Positions 31,958 through 43,881 of a stretch of DNA of 64,000 nucleotides are shown in pieces; positions within the stretch are counted from its first letter, which is position 1, and each line of letters opens with the position of its first letter. Both the position numbers and the translations under genes were made by a program. The notes under the pieces were generated by a model. That model did no database searches, was not told the origin of the DNA, and saw nothing but the letters and a program-made list of their open reading frames with translations. Source of the stretch: Amoebidium appalachense (taxonomy: Eukaryota > Protista > Ichthyosporea); NCBI GenBank assembly GCA_963693365.1, contig CAVNZM010000001.1:21336125-21400124 (forward strand), read 5' to 3'.

Positions 31958-33193
31958 GGGGGGCCTGTGTGTGTGGCGCATGCTCTTCAAAACAAACAAC
32001 CCACACAAGCCAACGCAAAATCCGGAAAACATTGATCACCCTTAGTCGATATTATCAGAGCCTCGTAATTCCTTTGAACTGGTTGGACAAAACCGTTGCG
32101 AAAGAACAAAATAAAACGAATTCGAAAACGAATATAAATGAGAGGCTTTCCGGCCAAAAAATCAACTTGTGACAAGGCACGGACCAAACAAAACAAAACC
32201 AAAGAAGGCCATGTGTACCCTCCTAGTGTCACACGTTAAATGCGGGATGGGCCGGCCTCCGCTCTGCCCAGTGCATAAGGCGCAAAGCAAAATGGCGTCA
32301 TGCATTGCACTTTTCATTATCCCCCCCTCCCCCCCCCCCCCCCCCCCCTCCGGTGACCACCACCACCACACACACAAACACACACAAACTGCTGCGGCTA
32401 CACACACACAAGCACACTCGGGCATAGAGTGGCACACACACACGCACGGGAGCGCGCGCATGCACGTACACACACACAGGCGCACGATGGCGCGGCACAC
32501 ACACACACACACACACAGGCACAAGCGGAACATATATACCCACATACACAGATACACCACGTGCAACAACCCGAGACACACATACACAGAATTCACACTT
32601 ACACACAGGCCCAGACACCAAAGAGCTGCACAGGCGAGCACAATGCACTATGATTGCAATGGCACATGCCACCCTTCCAAACGCACACCCCTTCTCCAAC
32701 TGATGTGGCACACACACCGTCAACTTGGATTCTTTCTTTTAAACGAAAAGACGTTTCTGGTTTAATCAAAAACTTTATCGGTATTTGCTAGGATGTGACT
32801 TTTGCTCAACTGAGATGTGCACAACGATTCAATTAAGTCACAGCCCCCCTCCCCCTCCCCCCCCCTCCCCCCAAAGGCACGTGACATCTTTCAGACAAAT
32901 TTTTCCCCAGCCTCGGTAGCCCCAACACAATCTGGTGAATTACACTCAGTCTGTGCGCACTGTACTGTATTATAACTCACATATGCACACGTGCACACAC
33001 ATAGGCCGCCGTGACGCACACGCACATACACACACACACAAACACAAACACGCACACGCACACGTGCACACGCACACACATCAAAGCACATGTACACAAA
33101 TACGCAAAACATACACACACACACTCTCTCTCTCTCACGTACATCAAAACACACGTACACAAATACGCAACACACACACACACACACACAGTG

Positions 33194-33284
<91 letters not shown>

Positions 33285-33400
33285 GTGACACACACACACA
33301 CACAGGAGTGCAGTCGGTTGTGTCGGCACATGTGGCAGAGGGGTTGGCATGCACATAATTTCATTTTGTTGGAAAAATGCGGGGGAGGGTGGGTGGGGTG

Positions 33401-33447
<47 letters not shown>

Positions 33448-33811
33448 GGGGTGGGGGGGGGGTGGCGGGGAGGGGGGGGGGGTGGGGGAGGGGGTAGGGG
33501 GGGTGATGCGGGGGTTTGAGATTTGGGCGGTGCTTTATAAAAACTGGAGACAGGCATAGGCACGTGCACCACCATCAGCAGTTTATTTGTTGTTTCACAC
33601 TGCCATTGCATATCTGCAAAGGTCTGCGGATGGCATGTACATAGTCTTCAATGTGTCCCGGTTGGGTTGCATGCGGTGTTGCATCCTGAAGGGTGGAGGG
33701 ACATTGGGAGACTGAAGGACGGACACTCACATGCATGTTACTTCAAGGGCTATCAACATATCTAGTGGGTCGCTAGTTGGGGAGGCAGTGAGAGACGATA
33801 TACCGGTGAAG

Positions 33812-34030
33812 TGTCTGTGCCTCTAACTGTGCCTGTGTGTGTGTGCCTCTAACTGTGCCTGTGTGTGTGTGCCTCTAACTGTGCCTGTGTGTGTGTGTCT
33901 CTAACTGTGCCTGTGTGTGTGTGCCTCTAACTGTGCCTGTGTATGTGTGCCCGTAACTGTGTGTGTACGTGTGGCTGTGTATGTGTGCCCGTAACTGTGT
34001 GTGTACGTGTGGCTGTGTATGTGTGCCTGT
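33812..34030. repeat. GT-derived minisatellite (GTGCCTCTAACTGTGCCTGTGTGT)n
   Basis: Tandem units of about 26 bp are visible. Confidence 0.85.
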
Positions 34031-34223
34031 GTATATGTGGCTGTGATGATATGTGCCTATGACCATATTTCTGAGTAGTCGATATGCTTGCCTGTGGCTA
34101 TGCATGCCTGTATGAAATTTAGGTGGTGGTGGTGGTGGTTGGGGTAGAGGGGGGGGGGGGGGGGGGGGGGGGGGGCAGGCAAGAAAATATCAACATCCCC
34201 CCTCCCCCCTTCACCTTCACAAG

Positions 34224-34262
<39 letters not shown>

Positions 34263-34573
34263 ACAAAAAAAAAAAACCAAAAAAAAAACCATCGGCTTCT
34301 TACTTTTGGTCCGATCAATCAACACTTGGAAATTTTAATTGAGGGAAACTATCGGGCTGGCTCTATAGGCCTGTGTACGTGTTAGTGCCTGTGAGTAATG
34401 GTGTGTGTGTGGGGTGTGTATGTGTGTGTGTGTGTGTGTGTGAGTGTATGTGTATGCATATCCGCTCTCATTTGGGCCTGCTCTATAGTATACCGTGTGT
34501 GTGGGTGATCTTTGTGTCGTTAAACTTAAATGCCATATGTATGCTCGTATGGCGCTGTGTGTATGTGCATGTG

Positions 34574-34655
<82 letters not shown>

Positions 34656-35016
34656 TGCTCAATTTTGCGTGTGCGTTATCTTGAAAATTGTGTGTCTGCC
34701 TGCTACCCCCTCACCCCCCCCCCCCCCCCCCCCCCCCCCTCCCCCTTCTTCCCCAATGAGGATAGGCTCTGCTTGTGATGCACATCATGGTCAGTGTTAG
34801 TAAAAACCTAAACCCTAAATGCTTTGCAGAATTTGCTTCTGTTGTCCGTCATGAATGTGAACTTCGTACTCTGTAACACATCCCCTCCCCCCCGAAAAAA
34901 AAAAAAAAAAAAAAGGTTAGGGTTGGGAGCCTTCTAAATTTGTGTGTGCGCATGTGTGTGTGGGTGGATGGATGGGTGGGGTGGTGGTGGTGAGGGTGGT
35001 GGTCGGGGCTGGGAGA

Positions 35017-35052
<36 letters not shown>

Positions 35053-35312
35053 TCTCTAGATCTCCCCCCCACTCTCTAACTCAAAATCAAGAACCCATAA
35101 CTATGTGTTCCTGTTGTTATGTGTTATTTATGCCTGTGGCCGGAATGCCCATCTGAATTGCGTGTGCATAAATGTATGTCTGTGTGCCGTCATCTTTTTG
35201 TGCTCATGTTTGCTCAGTCTGCTCCGAAACTGGCTTCGTGTTGGCCTTTTGGCAAGTTTGTAGACTGAACGGTTACGGTTAGCTCCTTTTGTGGGGTTGG
35301 TGGGTATAATGC

Positions 35313-35349
<37 letters not shown>

Positions 35350-36224
35350 ACCCCCCAAGCACCTTAAGTGTGTGGTGTTTTTCCTGCTAGCTTCGAAACA
35401 GTGTGGCCAAGGCTGGTCACCCGAACAAAATCCAGGGAACACGTACTGTTATCGCCCGGCAACAAGAGACTCTCGGCCTCGAAAAGTCCCTTAGCTTTCT
35501 ACATTTTTGTGTGGGTGCTTGTCCGTGTTCATCAGCATATGCAGGCACTTGTGATGTTGGTGGTGTACGTGGACACTTCGGCGCGTGTACACGTGCCGCA
35601 GAGTCTGGTATATGTCAGTATATGGGTGTGCTAGAGCGCCTAGGTGCGACCGGGTGTATGTGCGTGCGAGAGCCAATAGCAACCTTTCGCAGGTGCAGCA
35701 ATTATTCTTCGTGCAATGCATTGGTCATGCTGTGGGATGCATGTGCCCTCCTGCCAAAGCCCGCCATGCCAGTGTCGAAACAAGTCTGCTGTGTGCAAAA
35801 CAAGCAGCCACACGCCACTGGGTGGTATGTCAGGGCCAAGCGCCACTAGGCGCTAGGGTCATGCACTTGCGGCCAGCCCCAAATATAGCCTGTTGGTCCA
35901 CTGCCTGCGCTTGCACACCGTCACATTCACATACATGGTGTATATGCCTACCCCTGCCTGCACTTCAAAGTCTCCTCCATGATGCTCTCAATGACACCAT
36001 CAGGTCCCAGTCTCGCCTAGAAGATTTATTTCCGCTGTGACATGTCCGTGTACAGTACCGTTGTAGTGTGACTGAGCGAAAGGCTTGTGTCACTTTGTAA
36101 GTTGTGTTGTGTCCGACTACTTTAGCTTAGCGTCCCACGGTCACTGACTGACTGAAAAGTGACAGAAGCGGTGAGAAGTCCGACGTTTTTGGACAAATTC
36201 CCACGCACTGGCTTCCCAGGTCTC

Positions 36225-36375
36225 GTCATTGGTCCAGCGAGCATCCAATCACATGCGCTACGTTTTTCTACGGGTTCGCGCCTGACCAGTGCTGTGCATC
36301 TGGCCCATGATCCGGCTTGTGTTACAGCCAATCAAAGCACATAGTTGCGGATCGGCTTCGGTGCACCAATGGTTT
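36225..36375 (+). promoter_or_regulatory. CCAAT-box-rich, CpG-rich promoter of FAH
   Basis: ATTGG/CCAAT motifs at about 36228, 36245, 36329 and 36366, 80-220 bp before the ATG at 36448. Confidence 0.5.
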
Positions 36376-36447
36376 GCGATATCACGAATTCCTTGCGCTG
36401 CGATAAATGTTTTTTTCTGCCGGCCAAACGCCATTTCCACAGCCAGC

Positions 36448-37704
36448 ATGTCGTTTATCGAGTACGGGCCCGAGTGCGAGTTCCCTCTGCAGAACCTGCC
36501 CTATGGCGTATTCAGCACGCCCAGTGACGCCACGCCGCGCATAGGCGTGGCCATAGGCGACCAGGTGCTGGACCTCAAGTGCGTGCGCCACCTGTTCACG
36601 GGCCCGCATATGGCCGCCCACCAGGACGTCTTTACGCAGCCCACCCTCAACGCCTTCATGGCCCTGGGCCGCCCGGCCTGGAGGGAGGCCCGCGCCACGC
36701 TCACACAGCTGTTGAGCAAGGACACGCCCACGCTCAGAGACGACAAGGCCCTGCGCGCCGCAGCGTTTGTGCCTCTGAGCGCCGTGACCATGCACCTGCC
36801 AGCAAACATCGGTGACTACACGGACTTCTACTCGTCCCGGCAGCATGCCTACAACGTGGGGGTGATGTTCCGCAGCAAGGAGAACGCGCTGCAGCCCAAC
36901 TGGCTGCACCTGCCCGTGGGCTACCATGGGCGCGCCTCGTCCGTAGTGGTCAGCGGCACGCCCCTGCACCGGCCCTGCGGCCAGACCACGCCCGGCGAGG
37001 GCAAGCCGCCCGTCTACGGCCCCAGCCGGCTACTGGACATTGAGCTCGAGGTTGCGTTCTTTGTGGGCCCCGGCAACGACCTGGGCACACCCATTCGCAT
37101 GGAGGACGCCGAGGAGCACATCTTTGGCATTGTGCTGATGAACGACTGGAGCGCAAGGGACATCCAGAAGTGGGAGTACGTGCCGCTGGGCCCGTTCCTG
37201 GGCAAGAACTTTGGCACGACCATATCGCCCTGGGTGGTCACCATGGACGCCCTCGAGCCCTTCCGCGTGGCCGGGCAGCCGCAGACAGACCCCCCCGTGC
37301 TGCCGTACCTTGCGCACAGCGACCCGTACATGTTCGACGTGGGGCTGCAGGTGGACCTGCGCACGGAGGACGGCAGCACGGCCACGGTCAGCCGCAGCAA
37401 CCTGCGGCACCTGTACTGGAGCATGAAGCAGCAGCTGGTGCACCACAGCGTCAACGGCTGCAACATGCGCCCCGGCGACCTGTTGGGCTCGGGCACCATC
37501 AGCGGGCCCACCGAGGACAGCTACGGGTCGCTGCTGGAGCTCACGTGGCAGGGCAGCAAGACGCTGAGCATTGGCCCCCACAGCCGCAAGTTCCTGCAGG
37601 ACGGCGACGAGGTCATCATCACCGGCTGTGCCGAGGGCCAGGGCTACAAAATAGGCTTTGGCCAGTGTGCGGGCAAGATCCTGCCGGCAAAGCCCGGCTA
37701 CTGA
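36448..37704 (+). CDS. FAH: Fumarylacetoacetase, 418 aa, single coding exon
   Basis: Motifs [87 protein letters not shown] and [16 protein letters not shown] at 37841. Confidence 0.98.
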   Translation: MSFIEYGPECEFPLQNLPYGVFSTPSDATPRIGVAIGDQVLDLKCVRHLFTGPHMAAHQDVFTQPTLNAFMALGRPAWREARATLTQLLSKDTPTLRDDKALRAAAFVPLSAVTMHLPANIGDYTDFYSSRQHAYNVGVMFRSKENALQPNWLHLPVGYHGRASSVVVSGTPLHRPCGQTTPGEGKPPVYGPSRLLDIELEVAFFVGPGNDLGTPIRMEDAEEHIFGIVLMNDWSARDIQKWEYVPLGPFLGKNFGTTISPWVVTMDALEPFRVAGQPQTDPPVLPYLAHSDPYMFDVGLQVDLRTEDGSTATVSRSNLRHLYWSMKQQLVHHSVNGCNMRPGDLLGSGTISGPTEDSYGSLLELTWQGSKTLSIGPHSRKFLQDGDEVIITGCAEGQGYKIGFGQCAGKILPAKPGY

Positions 37705-38153
37705 GGTGTGTGTGTGTGTGTGTGTGTGTGTCTGTGTGTGTGTCTGTGTGTGTGTATGCTCGAAGGTGGGGGGTTGGGTTTCGAAGGGCCGGGGTATGTA
37801 CTGTGTGCAGGGGTGGGCGGGGGCTGCCCGGTCCGGCCGCAATAAATTATAAAGGGCACTGGTTGCTATGTATCTGCAAAGGCACGTGCTTGGTCTCCCT
37901 CCCTTTCTTCCCTCCCCACACCCACCTTCACTTCTGGTAGCACTGCTTGCACCCCTGCCTACTATCCCCCCCTCCTCCCCCCCCCTTTTACCCCCTCTTC
38001 CCCCTCCCCCCTCCCCCTCTCTCCCCCCCCCCCCCCCCCCCCCCCCCCCCCACTTCCCTTTTTGGTGGTCCTTGCTGCCGCCTGCTCCTCAACCCCCCCT
38101 TACCTTCGAGTCTTGGAATAATCTTCATCCCTCGCCCAGCCAGCGCCCCCCGT

Positions 38154-38184
<31 letters not shown>

Positions 38185-39672
38185 CCCCCTCCCCCCCCCC
38201 CCCCTCCCCCCCCTCCCCCCCTGGCAATGTCGTTAACTCTTTGCCAGTGGTGGGGGCTCATGACATGACATGGGCCCATGTTCACTTCATATTTCTTTAA
38301 GGTGAAGAGATAGTGAAAGAAGTCACATGCGCTAATTACATTATTAGTGCCCAGGCAGAGTGGGGATATGGGAGTTGAGGCACGGGGGAGGAGGGAGGTA
38401 ATTTTGGGAGAGGATAGTAGGGGGGGGGGAGGGAGGGAGACGGATGGAATGTGGGGGAAGACCTACTACCCCGTCGGACGGGTGATTTCGGGAGGGGGGA
38501 GGGGGGGGGGGGGGACCCATTTCCGGAGGTCACCGGAGGAAGGGTGGTGGTAGTGGGGGAAGGGGTTGAGGGGGTGGCAGTGAGGGGGGGAAAGGGGGGG
38601 AGGGGAATGGGAAGAAGGGGAGAGTGTGTGGGGGGGATGGACCTTGGCAGGCTGCAGACCATAGCACAAGGGCTTACGAAATCGGGCGCACACACACTCC
38701 TGGACAGCACGTCAGACACTCCTCGGATGCACACAGTGGCACACGTGCACAAGGCATGCACACACTGCAGACATACACACGCCTCTTTTTCCTTTCTGTA
38801 TTTGTCAGACTCTGCATGCACTCATAGACACACACAAATGCACGGACATTGTGGGTGTGCGCACCAGGCAGACACGAAACACACCAATCACACACATGTA
38901 CACACACACACAGACGCAAAAAAATACATACAAAATGCATGGGTCTATAGAGTCCTGGATTCCTTTCGACACCGTAACGTCAAATATATGAACACAAAGA
39001 CACACACTAAGACACACGCAGTCGGGTGGCACTGTCACACACGTGCACTCGCACACGCACTCGCTACACCCTCACACACGCGCGCGCATGGAGTGCGAAG
39101 AAGTTGCCACGTCCGTTGAAATAAGTAGCTCCACACGGGTACACGGACATCCTGAAGGGGAAGGAGGGGCAGATGGGGGCGACCAAGACCGGGGTTAACG
39201 TTAGTTTCTTACTTTATACTGCCTCCCTCCCCCCATTTCCAATCAAATATCGTCATGTCCGCATGCGCATGATACGCGGGTGCAAAATCTGTTTCGGTCT
39301 GACGTCATTGACTGCCAGTGGCAAGAATGGGACTGAGGGCCAGTGCACACATGCAAAGGGTGCCCGGACCAGACACACAGAGGTCAGACACATGCGCATA
39401 CATACAGACATGTACACATGGGCATGCACATGCACACGCATGGCCGTGCAGTGTGTGTGTGTGCGTGGGTGGGTGGGTGTGAAGGGGGAGAAGGGGGCGC
39501 CGGGGATCCAACCACGTATGTGACTGAGTAAACTTGCTTAGCTTACTCTCCCCCCCCCCCCCCCCCCCCCTCCCCCCCCCCCCTCCCCCCCCTCCCTTTC
39601 CCCCCAGGGCCCGGGCCCAAATCTAATTAGCTTGCTGTTGATCAGCTAACGAGATACTGCCAACGAGTTGTT

Positions 39673-39714
<42 letters not shown>

Positions 39715-40321
39715 TTTGATCCCCCTGGGACACGCAAATTGTCCTTAAGCTTCCGGACCCTGGCCCCCCTTTCCCACACCCACCCACGTGCAATCCCCAT
39801 GTGCACACACCCAAAATTCATACGTGTCTATTGCATCTATAAATGCCATTAACGTGCCATAAGCCGGACACCCATAAATGGGCATCTGTTGTAAGGTGTG
39901 TGGCCCCCACACTATCCAGCTAGCCAATCAAATCGAGTGCCGCAGCCAGCAAACCAATCACAGCCTGACACCTCTTGCAACCCCAACCAGCACGTGCACA
40001 TCTCTGTTTACTCTCTGTTTATGATCATGTTTTTGCACACCCTCGGGGACGGCACTGCTTTTGGTGGCATGGGCCAGCCTTGTAGACTGCAGAAGGCCTT
40101 ACGGCCGATAATCTACCACATGCTATGATGAAATTCTGATTCTTAAATTAGTCCGGCATGCTTTGATGTTGGAAGAAATTTCAACAAAAGGGCAACCAAG
40201 CCAAAAGCTCTCCCACCCACATGAACCCCCCCACCCCCCAACCACACATACATATGCACACACACTACACAGGAGCCCACATGCTGCACATGCACACCCA
40301 TCCTCCCCTATGCCGCCCTAC

Positions 40322-40355
<34 letters not shown>

Positions 40356-40552
40356 TCCCCCATACGCATGTGGGAAACATTCGTCTGCATGCATTCACAT
40401 GCGGGCATTCGACTAAATTGAGAGCACGGGGCTATCGGCAACACGACATTGCAGAGTTACATTCCTAGTCGATATATAGAATCCCCCCCCGAAAAAACAA
40501 ACAAACAAACAAACAAACGGGGAAAAAAAAACCCTTCCCACAATCTCCAAAT

Positions 40553-40638
40553 TCAGAGCATTTTCGACACGTCCCCTCCGGCCTTAGCCAGAACAATTGC
40601 AGTCAGCTCTTTGCAGAATTCCTCAAAAAGCACGACAA

Positions 40639-40717
<79 letters not shown>

Positions 40718-42457
40718 TGTGTGTGTGTGTGCGCGTGCGCGCCCACGTGTGTGTGTGTGTGTTCTGTGTGTGTATGTTCACAGGGAAAGATGAGGAGATG
40801 GGGAGGTTAGTCTGGTACATGCACCCTGCAACTGTGTGTCTCAAAAGAACTTTACCGCCACTACATCATGGGGGAGTTCCTGCCAGTCACAGTGTGTGCA
40901 GGCAGGCATAGCGGCACAGAGCACAGCTAAGCCCAAAAGGCCAGGGCTAGTGACTGTCGTGTGGCTTTGACTCGTGCATGCTGGAGTGCGTGCATATCTG
41001 TGTGGGTGCGTGCGTGTGTTGTGTGTGCATTTGGGTGTGTGTGTGTGTGCATGCTTGCACACCTATGTGTGTGCCTGTATGTGCCAGTAAGAGCAGATGC
41101 ATGCATGCAGTGACTGCCCAATCGTGGCCCTGCCGCCGTGGGCATGGGCCAGAGGGAAAGAGGGGGAGGGGGGGGGGGGGGGGGGGAGAAGGAGAAGGGG
41201 GGCAGGGGGTAGTGGGGGGGTTCCTACTTCGAGGAATTTGCGCTGGTCCACCATATCGGGATGCTCCTCCCTGCAGCAACAAGGTCAGGGGGTGTGTGGT
41301 ATGCTCTGGGGGAAAAGAGGGTGGTACTAACGGGTGGTGGGTATGGGAGGGTGGTGTATTCATGTGGTGGGCAGGCATGAGCAGGCAAAGAGAGAACGAT
41401 GGGCCTCTGCATACATGCAGCCGTAATGGCCGCACAAGCTTTGAGCAGCAATCGACCCCCCCCCCCCCCCCCCCCCCCGGGACACACACACACACAAAAA
41501 GAAAAAGGGTAGCCACATATTTCCCAGCCCCCACGCCCGGCCTCCTCCCCCCCCCCCCCCCCCCCCCCCCCAGCACACACACACACACATATCTGGTGCA
41601 CGTACATGGGGGGTGCAGTGTCGTGCTCGACCATGTCTCTTGTGGCGAGCAGCAGCGGCCCAAAGTTTGGCATGGCCTGCGCCCGGGCCTCAATCTCAGC
41701 GCCCACCTGCATAGAAGGGTCAGCCACAGCTGTGCTGGCTTGGCCCTGTGGGGTGTGGTGCTACAGTGTGTGTGTGTGTGTGTGTGGGCATGCTGTGCGC
41801 GGGCACATCTGTGTGTGGTGGGCATGCTGTGGTGTGTGTGTGCGCCTTTGTGTGTGTGTGTGCCTCTTGTGTGTGTCGGCTTGCCGTGTCCGTGTGTGCG
41901 TGTGCGCGCCCCCGCACACGGGTGTGTGTGTGTGTGTGGGGGGGGGGGGGATGCTGTGTGGGTGTGTGCTTGTGCGTGGGCGTGCTGTGTGTGCCTCTGT
42001 GTGTGCCTGTGTGTGTGCCCCGTGCCGTGTGCAGGTGCGCATGCACGCACGACAGGCAGGGCCCCACCAGCCTGAGGGCGCTGTAGAGGCTGGGCCTGCC
42101 GCTGGGGGTGGGGGAAAAGGGGTCCAGCAGGTACGTGTGCAGGGTTTGAAACGGGTAGCAGGCCAGCTGCGATAATAACCCCGTCACAAGCAGAATCTCC
42201 TCTGTGCCCAAACGTCAGCAGATGATCGGTTGCTGGGGATAGGCATCTAACCAAATGATGGGTTGCTAGGGACAGGCATCTAAGTGAAATGATTGGTTGC
42301 CAGGGATAGGCATCTAACCAAATGATTGGTTGCCAGGGGGCACCGGTGGGAGGCCTGGATGGGCATGTGCACGCCAGGTGCAGTACACGTGCATGCGGGG
42401 TGGTGTGCCCATGCATGTGTGTGCCTGTGCCTGTGCCTGTGCATGTGCATGCATGTG

Positions 42458-42498
<41 letters not shown>

Positions 42499-42507
42499 AT
42501 GCATGTG

Positions 42508-42544
<37 letters not shown>

Positions 42545-43217
42545 ATGCATGTGCATGCATGTGTGTGGCTGTGGCTGTGGCTGTGGCTGTGCATGCATGT
42601 GTGTGCCTGTGGCTGTGGCTGTGGCTGTGGCTGTGGCTGTGGCTGTGGCTGTGCATGCATGTGCATGCATGTGCATGCATGTGTGTGACTATGTGTGCCT
42701 GTTATGTGTGTCTGTGTGCCCTTACTGTATGGGGCCTGCAGCATGCGCTCTATCCTCAGCAGCAATGTGGCCAGCAGGTCTCCCTCGTAGAACTCTGCCC
42801 CCTCCACGGCATTGGGCCGGGCCAATGCCCCCCAGCGCTTGCATAGCTTCTCGCTGTCCAGCCCTAGCACCTGCACCATGCCGTCAGCACAGGCACTATC
42901 CAATCAAATTGCTGGATATCCAACTGGCACACATCTATCTCACCACAGCATATCTATCCCAACACCACACATCCGACTATCCAACCAGGATATACTAAGA
43001 CTATCCAACCAGCATATACCAGACTATCCAACCAGCACATATCTGACTATACAACCAGGATATATATCTGACTATTCAACCAGGATATATTCGACTATCC
43101 AAAGGGATATACCAGACTATCCACCCCACCTGCATCTGGGCATCCTGCACGTAGCTGTAGTAGTCTCCGTCATTCGTCTCGTCACTGGTCCGTGCCACCG
43201 CAGGCACAAGCGCCAGC

Positions 43218-43299
<82 letters not shown>

Positions 43300-43502
43300 G
43301 CGTGTGCGTGTCTGCATCGATGCACGTGTGGGTGTCATTGAATATCCGGATGACCTGACCACATGTGGCATTCGCAAGCACATGTGCACAGCAAGCACAC
43401 AGGAACAGGTGTGCAGAACAGGGTGGCGTGTGTGTGGTTGGGTAGATGGGTGGGTGGGTGGGTGGTGTGTGTGTGTGTGTGTGTGTGTGATCGTGTGCAT
43501 GT

Positions 43503-43533
<31 letters not shown>

Positions 43534-43811
43534 GGGGGGGAGGGGGGTTTTGAATGCGTCAAAAAGTACGAAGTACACAAGAACAAACGGATAACACGAT
43601 GCAGAATGCAAGCCATACATGAGGGGGGGTGGGGGGGGGGGGGGAGAGGGTCTGCCTACGCCTCCATGACGTCTCTCAGGTCGTAGGCGGCATCAGGCTG
43701 CTGGGGGCCCAGACAGCCGGGGGGGAAATTGCGCAGCACAAGATTGACTAAGGCATGCCGGTTGGCTTGCCGTATCAGCGCATCAAAGAGGCGCAGGGTG
43801 GCCTCGGTCAG

Positions 43812-43881
<70 letters not shown>

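Noticed and set aside
34803-34927. Telomere-like CCCTAA / TTAGGG units
   Set aside because: Only 1-2 degenerate units; not an array.
36289-36447. N-terminal extension of FAH in the ORF track
   Set aside because: It starts at a non-ATG codon in CCAAT-rich promoter sequence; family similarity begins at MSF (36448).
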